This document shows, piece after piece, positions 1-8,863 of a stretch of 47,975 nt of DNA. How positions within the stretch are numbered: the first letter of the stretch is position 1; each line of letters opens with the position of its first letter. The translations under genes and the position numbers were made by a program. Source of the DNA: a virus; the IMG/VR virus record IMGVR_UViG_3300027852_000008, positions 1 through 47,975 of that record; one strand, given 5' to 3'. The notes below the pieces were generated by a model. That model was given only the letters and a program-made list of their open reading frames with translations, had not been told where the DNA came from and did not search any database.

Positions 1-127
1 AAGTGTTCCAGGAGCACAGGCAGCATTATACATAAAAGCATCTACTCCTGCAGTCTCCTTATTACCAATAAACCCTACCGTCATGGTAGCATCTGCATCA
101 AGTACTAAGACCTCAACCCAAAGTTCC
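1..127. repeat. Exact copy of 47849..47975; terminal overlap of a circular contig
   Basis: The first 127 nt (aagtgttccaggagcacagg...cccaaagttcc) recur base-for-base as the last 127 nt of the window. A minus-strand ORF reads through the junction in frame. Confidence 0.95.
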
Positions 128-249
128 TTTACAAAAGCAAACCTGGGTATTCTTATAACACTATATGTGTCATCAGATAGAGCCAGCATCTTTTTGCTAC
201 CTGCCAGTCGGTAGTTGTCTGAAAAAGCATGTCCATACAAGTCAGCCAT
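1..249 (-). CDS. N-terminal 83 codons of a 130-aa virion-module protein that wraps the circular junction (continues 47848..47705)
   Basis: ATG at 249..247 is preceded by GGAGGTAGGAT. Translation is MADLYGHAFSDNYRLAGSKKMLALSDDTYSVIRIPRFAFVKELWVEVLVLDADATMTVGFIGN..., with no stop before position 1. The frame is continuous with ORF 47705..47932. Confidence 0.75.
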   Translation of the reverse strand, partial: MADLYGHAFSDNYRLAGSKKMLALSDDTYSVIRIPRFAFVKELWVEVLVLDADATMTVGFIGNKETAGVDAFMYNAACAPGTL

Positions 250-260
250 ATCCTACCTCC

Positions 261-1319
261 TTAGTCTAACTTGGCACCCCAAGAAGAACCTACAATAATT
301 CCAAAATCCTCAGACTGGAATCTAGTCTTCTTTACACCAAGTATACCTCCACCTCTGACATTAACAAACCTCTTGGCATCAGTAGTATAAGGTACAAATG
401 CCATTGTAGTACTCTTACTCTCTCCTGCACCACCCCAAGCCATAACAGCACTCTGTGCACCAAGAAGAATACTTCTATATACACCAGCCTTAGCATCAGT
501 AGCATCTACAACTGTATGCCTTATCCTTTCACTCTTACTAATAAGCATACCATTATATTCAATCTCCACTTGTGGCACTGCAAGCTTATTAGCAGACCTC
601 AATAGATCTCCCCACTGTCCTATATTAGTGTTCCTCTGCAACCTATCAAAGACATAGTTATGCAGAATAACCCTATAATAATTCTTACCTTTAAGACTCA
701 AGGGTCTAATCTTATACTTATTAGTACCTACAGGTACCTCAGCCTGCTGCTTCATCCTATCCAAAAAGGTTAAGTCCAATACATCTGAACTAGTCATAGT
801 AGCTTCTGAAGCTATATCATTAACCCTAAGCCAATGATTTGTATCTGGATCAACAGGATCTTGAGCAAAGGTATGTCCAGCTACTCTAAATGTAGTATCA
901 CCACACAGATGTGCAAAAGCCATATCACTTAGCTTTTCACTCCACCAGTACTGAAGTCCATCTTTAGCCTCAGTTAAAAGATTATAAGGAATCCTCTGCT
1001 CCTCCATCCTACCACCTGTATTCACGGCATGATTGAGCTCTTCAATAGTACAGTCAAAATCCTTGAAGATCAGATCTTCCTCATTACCCTCAACCTTTTC
1101 CCTACCTACTCGACCTTCACCACTAAGAGGTAGTCTAATACCAAAGGTTATTTTATCTCCTTCTCCCTTACCCAATTCCTTCCTTATCTGAATAATTGAG
1201 TCAGGCCCAGTTCCTACCAGTGCATTAATCTCAGTAGCTGGTAGGATAAGTCTAAACAGATCCTTTGCCCACTTTTTCCTGGTCAAAGCATCATTTGCTA
1301 AAAATACAGTCTCAGCCAT
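261..1319 (-). CDS. Major capsid protein (HK97-fold type)
   Basis: A 352-aa ORF directly downstream of the portal and the acidic scaffold ORF. The segment GDKITFGIRLPLSGEGRVGREKVEGNEEDL resembles the conserved N-terminal signature of N4/T7-supergroup capsid proteins (from memory, not searched). Confidence 0.8.
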   Translation of the reverse strand: MAETVFLANDALTRKKWAKDLFRLILPATEINALVGTGPDSIIQIRKELGKGEGDKITFGIRLPLSGEGRVGREKVEGNEEDLIFKDFDCTIEELNHAVNTGGRMEEQRIPYNLLTEAKDGLQYWWSEKLSDMAFAHLCGDTTFRVAGHTFAQDPVDPDTNHWLRVNDIASEATMTSSDVLDLTFLDRMKQQAEVPVGTNKYKIRPLSLKGKNYYRVILHNYVFDRLQRNTNIGQWGDLLRSANKLAVPQVEIEYNGMLISKSERIRHTVVDATDAKAGVYRSILLGAQSAVMAWGGAGESKSTTMAFVPYTTDAKRFVNVRGGGILGVKKTRFQSEDFGIIVGSSWGAKLD

Positions 1320-1331
1320 AACATCTTCCTC

Positions 1332-2132
1332 CTATTTAAGTGTACCCTGCATGTACTTAGTATAAACTACCGCAGGAACCTTACCAAGTTCATCCTCATC
1401 CATCTTATCAATCCTAGCTGTAGTCCAACCTGTTAGATCTTCTGAACCTCCACCTGAAAGATCTCCCAAATTTGTCTTCCTATGTTGTTCAGCTATCTTA
1501 TCAACATCATCAACTTTTTCCTCTTTTTCGTTCTTAGCATAATTAGGATGATTATTCTTAATCAAATCATACATATACTTGTATGGATTAGGTAAATCCC
1601 AAATCTTATTTTCTACCTCCATAACAAGTTGATTAAGATTCAAAGATGGATCATCCTCCATATATGTTTCAGCTATAGCCTGAACGATGTCATCTAAATT
1701 TGTTTGGGATACTACTTGATCAACATCTTCATACTTAGGATTCATCCTCATTGTCTCTTGCAAATTTGAAAGATATAAGGTTCTCTTATTAAACTCTTCC
1801 TTTCGCTCAGACAAAGCAGCCTCATCCTCTTCTGAAATGAGATTTGCCTTTCTTAAGATCTCATCCATATTGGTTATCTTACTATTTAAGTCATCCATTG
1901 TTCTTTTGTTATCTCTTGTTAATTGTCGAAGCCCTAACACCTCCTGATCTCGCTCATCAAGCTGTGCTTGTAAAGCTTTCTCTGCATCAGTTTGGTCTAT
2001 AATAACTTCTTTATCATCCTTGTTAAGTTCATCACCATCATCTTTGTTCGGATCATCAGACAGACTAGGATCTTCTATGTCATCTTCCAAATCCTCAAGT
2101 TTGTCAGTCTGCATCTCTAATTCATCTTCCAT
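1332..2132 (-). CDS. Scaffolding protein
   Basis: 266 aa, very acidic (D/E-rich N-terminus) and coiled-coil-like. It lies between portal and capsid genes. Strong RBS AGGAGG. Confidence 0.7.
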   Translation of the reverse strand: MEDELEMQTDKLEDLEDDIEDPSLSDDPNKDDGDELNKDDKEVIIDQTDAEKALQAQLDERDQEVLGLRQLTRDNKRTMDDLNSKITNMDEILRKANLISEEDEAALSERKEEFNKRTLYLSNLQETMRMNPKYEDVDQVVSQTNLDDIVQAIAETYMEDDPSLNLNQLVMEVENKIWDLPNPYKYMYDLIKNNHPNYAKNEKEEKVDDVDKIAEQHRKTNLGDLSGGGSEDLTGWTTARIDKMDEDELGKVPAVVYTKYMQGTLK

Positions 2133-2152
2133 TTTACGCCTCCTTTAAAGGT

Positions 2153-2174
2153 TTAAGAAAAGTCAATTATTGAC
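2153..2174 (+). promoter_or_regulatory. Conserved palindromic element, copy 1 (TTAAGAAAAGTCAATTATTGAC)
   Basis: Covers the portal stop codon, 20 nt upstream of the scaffold ATG. Carries the invariant TAAGAAAAGTCA arm plus GTCAA-N3-TTGAC. Confidence 0.7.
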
Positions 2175-3966
2175 TATTTCCCTTGTTAATTTTTGCCATC
2201 TCAAGTTCATACTCCCTTTGCATTCTAAGCTCATTAGCCTGTTGTACTTTCATCTTAACAGTAAAAGGTAAGTCAATGTAATCCATAATAATTTCAGGTG
2301 GAATTGTACCAGGATTGTTCCTTCCAAACTCCATAAGCATTGCAGCAATTGATTGCCTTAATGTAACATTTTCTGCACTCTCATCTATTACCATATCAAA
2401 CTCACCAGCAGATATGTCATTAAACCCTTCAACTTGTGGATTCATCTGATCATTAATCTGCATCAGTTGCTGACCCTTCTCACCCTCAATTCTTACCATA
2501 GTAGGATAATCTACATACTGTTGTACTAAGGAAAGTAATTGTTTACCTCCTTGAATCCTGCTCTTCCTAAAACCATTAAATAAGATATACAATACAGCAA
2601 TACTACTTTCTAACCTTGACCTAGCTGTAACTCCAGGTTCTCTTGAGGATGTCTGTATACCCATAAGTGGATCCTGTGCACCTGAAACATTCTTCATAGA
2701 TTCAATATACACATTATCTAAAACACTATACACATTACTTATTTGTGGTTGATCTGAAAACTTAACTCTATCAAGTTTACCGTCAGCCATCTCAAGTCTA
2801 AAGTTCGGTTCAGAGGAATGCTGCTCATATTCATCAACATTTAATATAGCATTAACCTCATGCATTAAGATACCTTTTGGAGAGGTCTGAAGAAGATGAG
2901 ATAATTGTCTTCTAAGTGTATTAAGTGCAACCTGTGGATCTTTCATCATAGTTGTTGCACTGAACCATCTATTCTCTTCTTCATTCTTATAAGCTCCATA
3001 TTGAATAAAGGGAATATCTTTATGATTATAAGGAGTCTCTCCCGACTCTAATATAACATCCCCAGAAAAGATTGCATAGTACATATAATCCATTCTAGTT
3101 TCAATAGACTGTAACTCTTGTCTAAGCACACTTCCATCTGGTAAAGGTATTCCTTCTCTTAAAGCATTTCTAAATTCAATCCACTCACTTCTTCTTAAAT
3201 GTTCAGGTTTACCTGTAAGAGGATTAATAAACCAGATAGCTGGTTCTCTCTTCCTATACCAACCTTCTACTATTCTATATAGATCATTAGACTCATCAAA
3301 GTATACTGGAGTATCTACTTGTCTATCTCCCTTAGCCATCCTAACAATTTCTTTATCAAACTCTGGCCAAGTAGCTTTAATAATATCTTCCTTAAACCAT
3401 TTATTAGCAAAGAAGTAATTAGAGTCAGACATATCTTGTTCAACAGAATTAGGATCAACAATGCAGTCTCTTCCAGGAAAACGCTTTGCTTTTATCTCTG
3501 GTCTAAAGGGATTATCAAAGTTAACAAAAAGATTTAAGAAAGATCTTCCACTCTTAGTAGAATGACTAAAACACTCCATCTCCTTATCAGATAAACCAGT
3601 AGTTGTTCTATAATGCTTAAATACTCCATTTATAACTTCAACTAAAGCCTCATCCTCTTTTCCTACTGGCTGCACATCTGGAACTTTCCTTATCTGTTCA
3701 GCCATACCTATTAACATATCAATCTTAGGCTTTACTTCATTATAAACAGTAGTTGGTCTCTTTTGAGCCTGTAACAAACTAACTACTTCAGGTTCATCCT
3801 GTTGACCAGCATAAAATTTATAATCTTCAGAAGCCTCTTCTCTCCAGTTAGTTTCTGGTGTAGAGTTCTCTCCATCTTGTAACCAAGTATCCAATTGTAG
3901 TAATAAGTCATCACTTCCCTTAGTACTACCTGGTCTAGACATATAGGTTGGAGCTGTTATATTCAT
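2167..3966 (-). CDS. Portal protein
   Basis: A 599-aa ORF immediately upstream of the scaffold and capsid genes. Size and synteny are typical of portals. No motif search was possible. Confidence 0.7.
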   Translation of the reverse strand: MNITAPTYMSRPGSTKGSDDLLLQLDTWLQDGENSTPETNWREEASEDYKFYAGQQDEPEVVSLLQAQKRPTTVYNEVKPKIDMLIGMAEQIRKVPDVQPVGKEDEALVEVINGVFKHYRTTTGLSDKEMECFSHSTKSGRSFLNLFVNFDNPFRPEIKAKRFPGRDCIVDPNSVEQDMSDSNYFFANKWFKEDIIKATWPEFDKEIVRMAKGDRQVDTPVYFDESNDLYRIVEGWYRKREPAIWFINPLTGKPEHLRRSEWIEFRNALREGIPLPDGSVLRQELQSIETRMDYMYYAIFSGDVILESGETPYNHKDIPFIQYGAYKNEEENRWFSATTMMKDPQVALNTLRRQLSHLLQTSPKGILMHEVNAILNVDEYEQHSSEPNFRLEMADGKLDRVKFSDQPQISNVYSVLDNVYIESMKNVSGAQDPLMGIQTSSREPGVTARSRLESSIAVLYILFNGFRKSRIQGGKQLLSLVQQYVDYPTMVRIEGEKGQQLMQINDQMNPQVEGFNDISAGEFDMVIDESAENVTLRQSIAAMLMEFGRNNPGTIPPEIIMDYIDLPFTVKMKVQQANELRMQREYELEMAKINKGNSQ

Positions 3967-3982
3967 CTATACAACCTCATAC

Positions 3983-4198
3983 TTATCTACAGTTATGACA
4001 TGAGGAACACTGCTTACAAACTACACCCTTACCCGTTGATTCTATAATCTCAATAGGAAACCGCATCTTTGTCAATTTTACAATAATAGGCTTCTCATAA
4101 GACTTAGAATAATCACAATGACGAAAAATTGTAGCTCCATCATCAAGTTGTAGAGGTGGAATAGTCTCATACTGTTTTATCTCATTGTCAAGATTCAT
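3983..4198 (-). CDS. Hypothetical small protein with C-terminal Cys cluster (CKQCSSCHNC)
   Basis: The ORF track gives 3983..4246. The internal ATG at 4198 has AAGGA upstream and avoids overlap with the small upstream ORF. The start is uncertain. Confidence 0.5.
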   Translation of the reverse strand: MNLDNEIKQYETIPPLQLDDGATIFRHCDYSKSYEKPIIVKLTKMRFPIEIIESTGKGVVCKQCSSCHNCR

Positions 4199-4212
4199 TT
4201 CTATCCTTAGTA

Positions 4213-4305
4213 CTACCTGGTCCAGGCGTTGGTAACCAAAGCCCAAAAACAGAGACCAAACACCAGAATGCCTAACAAGAAAATAATAGCCTCATCCCAT
4301 TTCAT
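4213..4305 (-). CDS. Possible 30-aa single-pass membrane peptide (MKWDEAIIFLLGILVFGLCFWALVTNAWTR)
   Basis: Found by hand because it is below the ORF-track cut-off. The ATG lies 1 nt after the stop of the upstream gene, with GAGGGAGA as RBS. It has a hydrophobic core. Confidence 0.3.
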   Translation of the reverse strand: MKWDEAIIFLLGILVFGLCFWALVTNAWTR

Positions 4306-4306
4306 A

Positions 4307-4777
4307 CTAATCTCCCTCTTCAGTAACCTCTCTCATAATCCTAAGAGTTTCTACATTAGCCTCTGCTACATTAACATCTCCATTGATATAAACATTAGCT
4401 GCTTGGACATTTGTCTTCTGAAGAGTTCCTGGTGGCACAGGTGCTGTCTTATTAAAATAATGAGAAACTTCGTTACTTTTTCCACTCTCCAGATGACCAT
4501 TATCATATGCTGTAAGTATCCAATATAAGGTAACATCTGTTACTGGCTCAATTGTAATAGTTACTGTCTCTGTTCCAATAGGTATACTTACTACAAAATT
4601 TGGACTTAACTCACCACCTATAACTTGTCCATCTGGAGTATCACTTTGGTACAATCTATAACCAGCTAGATCAAATTCAGTATTAGCATCCCATTCAAAG
4701 GTAAGCTCTTCAGCATGAACAAATACAACAAACATTAAACATATAGCCATACTTAGTAAAATCAAAAACTGTTTCAT
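4307..4777 (-). CDS. Secreted protein with Fn3/Ig-like beta-sandwich
   Basis: N-terminus MKQFLILLSMAICLMFVVFVHA|EE looks like a cleavable signal peptide. LTFEWDANTEFDLAGYRLYQSDTPDG resembles Fn3-type repeats. Confidence 0.6.
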   Translation of the reverse strand: MKQFLILLSMAICLMFVVFVHAEELTFEWDANTEFDLAGYRLYQSDTPDGQVIGGELSPNFVVSIPIGTETVTITIEPVTDVTLYWILTAYDNGHLESGKSNEVSHYFNKTAPVPPGTLQKTNVQAANVYINGDVNVAEANVETLRIMREVTEEGD

Positions 4778-4785
4778 ATTTTCTC

Positions 4786-5064
4786 CTATATACTGATTAG
4801 TTTTCTTCCCCCATTAACATCAGGAACAATACACACCCCAGGAATATAACACACTGCTTCAGAAACATTATCTCCTTGTTGAGTTGTAACTTGCACAACA
4901 CAACCTACTCCAGGTATCTCCATAGCTTTTGTTGATTTCATCCAACCTTCCTCTTTTGAAGATGCTTTACAAAGTAACTGAAACATATCTCCATCACCAA
5001 AAACAGTAAGATCTTTTACATTTTTCGATGCTCCAGAGATATCTGAATTATGTAATGTCTTCAT
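4786..5064 (-). CDS. Small conserved phage protein, function unknown
   Basis: 92 aa. The motif GWMKSTKAMEIPGVGCVVQVTTQQ recalls a small protein family seen in N4-like and other phages (memory only, low certainty). Confidence 0.6.
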   Translation of the reverse strand: MKTLHNSDISGASKNVKDLTVFGDGDMFQLLCKASSKEEGWMKSTKAMEIPGVGCVVQVTTQQGDNVSEAVCYIPGVCIVPDVNGGRKLISI

Positions 5065-5342
5065 TACTTACCTCCATTAAGATTATCCATTTTCTTAACC
5101 ATCCACAAAAGTCTCTCATCCACTCTGGCTAAGACAATACCTTGTTTTTGTTGTTCCTTCGTCAACTCATCAAATTTCTTTTCACCTCTTGCCATATCAT
5201 GATTTAAAGCCTCATGTATTGGTTCACAAGATGACTTATCAGCTTTCTTATTTAAAAACTTTAAACCTATTCCTACTACAGCTAATAAACTGACTCCAGT
5301 ACTTATTTCAGTAACCACATATACCTCACTAAGAAAAGTCAA
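5064..5342 (-). CDS. Membrane-anchored coiled-coil protein (holin- or i-spanin-like topology)
   Basis: One N-terminal TM segment (ISTGVSLLAVVGIGLKFL) followed by a charged helical tail. The tracked start is a TTG inside the conserved element, so the true start may be a downstream GTG. Confidence 0.5.
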   Translation of the reverse strand: MTFLSEVYVVTEISTGVSLLAVVGIGLKFLNKKADKSSCEPIHEALNHDMARGEKKFDELTKEQQKQGIVLARVDERLLWMVKKMDNLNGGK

Positions 5343-5350
5343 AAATTGAC
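5329..5350 (+). promoter_or_regulatory. Conserved palindromic element, copy 2 (CTAAGAAAAGTCAAAAATTGAC)
   Basis: Sits between the stop of ORF 5354..5644 and the start of ORF 5064..5342. Confidence 0.7.
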
Positions 5351-5353
5351 GTT

Positions 5354-5644
5354 TTAGGTTCCTAATCTAACTCCAACTGTTCCAGAAGTATAATCACCTG
5401 TTTTAACACCTATCCTATGTAATACTCCTGGTTCTGTATTTCTAAGAACTTCTTCTGTATCTGTAGTATATGCCTTAACATCTGTCCAACTTCCCACATC
5501 AGGAAAATAACGTTGTAGTGTCACTGTTGCTACCCAGGAAGCAACTGTATATACTGAAACATTTAAATAACCTCCTCGTCTTGGTTCAATTTCTAAAGAA
5601 CCTGTAAAGTTATTCTCTGCAGCAATATCTTCTTGTACATGCAT
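5354..5644 (-). CDS. Hypothetical virion-module protein
   Basis: A 96-aa ORF packed in the operon. No recognisable motif. Confidence 0.6.
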   Translation of the reverse strand: MHVQEDIAAENNFTGSLEIEPRRGGYLNVSVYTVASWVATVTLQRYFPDVGSWTDVKAYTTDTEEVLRNTEPGVLHRIGVKTGDYTSGTVGVRLGT

Positions 5645-5647
5645 TAA

Positions 5648-5866
5648 TTATCTCCTTATTTCTAATTCTACACAAGCAAGTATAAGAGCATCAAGTATAG
5701 TTACCCTGTTTTTTATCCTATTAATACCAGACTTAAATCCTGCCTTATCAGCTAGAGCAGTATGAATTATAGTACCACAATCACACTCTGACGTTTCCAA
5801 TACACCTAGCTCTATAATAAGTTGATCTCTTTGTTGCTCAAGACTTTCCTTTGTTATACCTTCCAT
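5648..5866 (-). CDS. Hypothetical protein
   Basis: A 72-aa ORF whose start and stop abut the neighbouring genes. Confidence 0.55.
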   Translation of the reverse strand: MEGITKESLEQQRDQLIIELGVLETSECDCGTIIHTALADKAGFKSGINRIKNRVTILDALILACVELEIRR

Positions 5867-6213
5867 TATAATATCTCCCTTGCAGCAAACCTACTATCAA
5901 TTATTTCTTGTGGTATAGCTGCTCCACTTGAAGGGTCGTTATAACGTGTTACATACCAATCAGTTTCATTAAGATATGATAAGGCATTTTCCATAAGTTC
6001 TTCTTCACTAGGAGGATGTGCTTGATCGTAAGTATCCTTTTCTTCCTGTGTTTTTTCTGTTACAACCACACCAACAAGTTTTAAATAATACCAAGGAATA
6101 TCCATTACCTCATCCCAATTTGGCACTGGTTCAATAGCTCCTTCAGGAAGAGGACTCCAACCTACCAAAAGATCAACTCCATCTTGTCTTTCCATAGCAT
6201 AACGCATTACCAT
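5866..6213 (-). CDS. Putative tail-fibre assembly chaperone
   Basis: 115 aa, directly downstream of the fibre-like gene. The C-terminal pattern LNETDWYVTRYNDPSSGAAIPQEIIDSRFAAR resembles phage tail-fibre assembly/chaperone proteins. Confidence 0.45.
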   Translation of the reverse strand: MVMRYAMERQDGVDLLVGWSPLPEGAIEPVPNWDEVMDIPWYYLKLVGVVVTEKTQEEKDTYDQAHPPSEEELMENALSYLNETDWYVTRYNDPSSGAAIPQEIIDSRFAAREIL

Positions 6214-7835
6214 ACCTCCAACAATTGCTCTGTAATCCTTTCAGGAGCAGGAGTTGGGCTTATCTTAGTCCTTGAAGAAAGTAAATTCCTTTGTCCTCCA
6301 ATGCTCCTTACATCTCTATCATAAAAGTTAATGTTGTTGGTTGTTGCAACTGCTGTAGAATTATAGGCATTGATTCCTATTCCATAAGAAGCATCCACAT
6401 TTCTAAGCTTACAACTAAATACCTCTGCTTCCTGATTAACCTGCAGTCCCCATTCATACGGTGGTGTTAAAGACCTTGTAGGTAATAATTGAGGTAAACT
6501 CACTTCACTACCAATTACTGTCATATTATCAAATTCAAACATCATATTAGGAATAGCAGCATATCTACGAAATTGCCAAGAAGTAAGATAGCTCTCTACT
6601 AGTAACTCCCTTGCCTTAAAACCTTCCACAAACCTGGGATTCAAAACACTACTGTACTCCTCACTAAACAAAATAACCTTATTATATGTTATATAATCCA
6701 TACCAGCTGAATGTATTCTACTTAACCTATATGAAGGTATAGTAAGTAACCCAAGTCCGGATGGACGATAAGACCAAAGTATAAGTGTCCCTTCTCCAGG
6801 ATCAACCACCAACTGTGCTCCAGATCCAGAGGCATAGGAGAAGAAAAATTCCACTGAATGTTTAAACACATGAACTCCATCTCCAAACTTTATTGTAACC
6901 ACAGCAGCAGGGAAATCATTAATATCTATTTTGAATGTACTCTCACACCACATTTGAGCAGTGTAGGTATCACAATCAAAGGTTGCAGCAGTAATAGCAG
7001 CGTTATTCTCTATTAATAACAATTTGTAGAATTTATGATTACCTGCTTTTAATGAACACACTTGGTTACTACTTAGGTATTCGATCTCAACTTCACAGGG
7101 ATCAACATACTCCCTCGCATCTATCTCAGCCGTAGCATCCTGTAAAACATACCTCATGTATCTAACAGAGATGACACCTCCAGTACCAATAACACTATTA
7201 CTCTTATACCTATACCACAATCTCCCTGTTCCAGTAATCTCTCCTGTGACCTCAACAGTAGCAGCATTCCCGCTAACATCTACATCACATATGATTGCTC
7301 CATTTGCCTGAATGTCAAGTATCCCAGATACATTAAGAGTCTGTGTAACATTAGCCACACCCAACCTTGTTCCAGTGAAGACATACTCCCCACTTATTGT
7401 CAGATGCTGAAAACTAGCTCCACTTAACTGATTAAGCTGGTATGTTTTAGTCTTTCCAGAGAAGATACACTCGGGATCTTTACCTGTACCGGTTCCAACT
7501 GAAAAACTTCCTCCAGTATTTAACCAATTTCCCTTAAATTCTATAGTATGATCAGGTCCTCCTGTTGGCCCAAAATACCCTGCGGCCATAGAAAAGTCCC
7601 CGTGAATAACAGCATTTGCACTGATCAACAACATCTCAGTCATAGTAACAAGTAAAGACATATTATTGCATACAATATCTGAAGTAGGAAAGCAAACCAC
7701 ATTCCCATTACCATCAAAGAACACATCATCACTTGCAGTAGGAATTCCAGCTCCACCGGCTCCACCACTTGTTAGTGACCAGTTAGCAGCAAGGTGCCAA
7801 TTTGTATCTGTACCTACCCAGTATCTATTAGCCAA
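6207..7835 (-). CDS. Putative tail fibre/spike (beta-helix-like)
   Basis: 542 aa. The N-terminus MANRYWVGTDTNWHLAANWSLTSGGAGGAGIPTASDDVFFDGNG is a motif I associate with beta-helical surface and fibre proteins. It is rich in G/T/S/N. Confidence 0.5.
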   Translation of the reverse strand: MANRYWVGTDTNWHLAANWSLTSGGAGGAGIPTASDDVFFDGNGNVVCFPTSDIVCNNMSLLVTMTEMLLISANAVIHGDFSMAAGYFGPTGGPDHTIEFKGNWLNTGGSFSVGTGTGKDPECIFSGKTKTYQLNQLSGASFQHLTISGEYVFTGTRLGVANVTQTLNVSGILDIQANGAIICDVDVSGNAATVEVTGEITGTGRLWYRYKSNSVIGTGGVISVRYMRYVLQDATAEIDAREYVDPCEVEIEYLSSNQVCSLKAGNHKFYKLLLIENNAAITAATFDCDTYTAQMWCESTFKIDINDFPAAVVTIKFGDGVHVFKHSVEFFFSYASGSGAQLVVDPGEGTLILWSYRPSGLGLLTIPSYRLSRIHSAGMDYITYNKVILFSEEYSSVLNPRFVEGFKARELLVESYLTSWQFRRYAAIPNMMFEFDNMTVIGSEVSLPQLLPTRSLTPPYEWGLQVNQEAEVFSCKLRNVDASYGIGINAYNSTAVATTNNINFYDRDVRSIGGQRNLLSSRTKISPTPAPERITEQLLEVW

Positions 7836-7836
7836 C

Positions 7837-8430
7837 TTATCCTCGCTTCATCAGTACAACATCTAATTTTAAGGAAACAGTTTGAGCCACTACAAAATCA
7901 AACACAAAATAAACGTCCTTACCACTCTCAGCATTCCAAAGCAGCACATCGTGGAGTTCAGAAACCTTTGACACACCTGTATTAATCACATGACTTCCAA
8001 CATTGTTCTCAGCAACCATTGTATCAGCAATAGTTTTTAATCTTGCCATTTCATCATCATCTAAGAATATTATTAAGTCATTTGGAGAGAAGTCAGTCTG
8101 GTCATCAGGAGTGATATTTGCATCACTCCCTGTAGTAGCAACCTCAAGTTCAGTATAGACAAGTTTTGTATCGCTTCTGTAAAAAACATCCTCTCCTGTT
8201 TTAGCCGTCTTATTAAAGAATGAATATGTTCCCCAAGCTGCAAAACCAGCTCCAGGATCTGCATCAACATACAGCCTGGCTAAAACAAGTTGTTGAACCT
8301 CTTCATCTAAGGAGATGGTAACTCCCTCAGACACAGAAGCAGTAAAATCTAAATCATATGAAACAAGTGTCTTTGGTTTCCATGAACCTATATTATCTAA
8401 CTCTTCCGTATCAGGATTTAACTTAAACAT
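7837..8430 (-). CDS. Hypothetical virion-module protein
   Basis: A 197-aa ORF tightly packed between fibre-like genes. Confidence 0.6.
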   Translation of the reverse strand: MFKLNPDTEELDNIGSWKPKTLVSYDLDFTASVSEGVTISLDEEVQQLVLARLYVDADPGAGFAAWGTYSFFNKTAKTGEDVFYRSDTKLVYTELEVATTGSDANITPDDQTDFSPNDLIIFLDDDEMARLKTIADTMVAENNVGSHVINTGVSKVSELHDVLLWNAESGKDVYFVFDFVVAQTVSLKLDVVLMKRG

Positions 8431-8431
8431 T

Positions 8432-8863
8432 TTACCATCCTACAGCTCTATTTGTCCAGCTTGTTATTCTAACTCTCTTCCTCGTCCAATTACCACTTGT
8501 CCAATCTATCCTAGTAATATACCAATCAGTATCACCATCAGCAGCGGTAAGACTAATATTTCTACCTATATAAATTGGGTTATCATCGCTGTCATAATCA
8601 ACTTGAGTATTCTTCCAGTAATAATTTGCTAATAAAGCTTCCACATCTCCCATAGAAACAGTAAGATCACCAGAAGCTTCAACAATAGCTTGTTGACCTT
8701 TTATCCAAGTTGTCAAATCAGTATCATAAACATGAACAGCTACAGGTATAAGAGGTAAACCTGAAAAGTCTATTGACTTTAATATCCTCGTTTCACCTGT
8801 ATCCTGATCTACAACACCTAGGCAAGGATGTCTATTTCTATCCTGTGGTACATTCTCATCCAT
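8432..8863 (-). CDS. Hypothetical virion-module protein
   Basis: A 143-aa ORF, W-rich at the C-terminus (ITRIDWTSGNWTRKRVRITSWTNRAVGW). Confidence 0.6.
   Translation of the reverse strand: MDENVPQDRNRHPCLGVVDQDTGETRILKSIDFSGLPLIPVAVHVYDTDLTTWIKGQQAIVEASGDLTVSMGDVEALLANYYWKNTQVDYDSDDNPIYIGRNISLTAADGDTDWYITRIDWTSGNWTRKRVRITSWTNRAVGW

Noticed and set aside
3530-3546. TTAAGAAAG-type matches inside coding sequence (for example 3530, 1849, 32466, 36217) as further copies of the conserved element
   Set aside because: They lack the GTCA arm and any adjacent hairpin. They are expected from Lys/Leu-rich codons (CTT AAG AAA) in an AT-rich genome.
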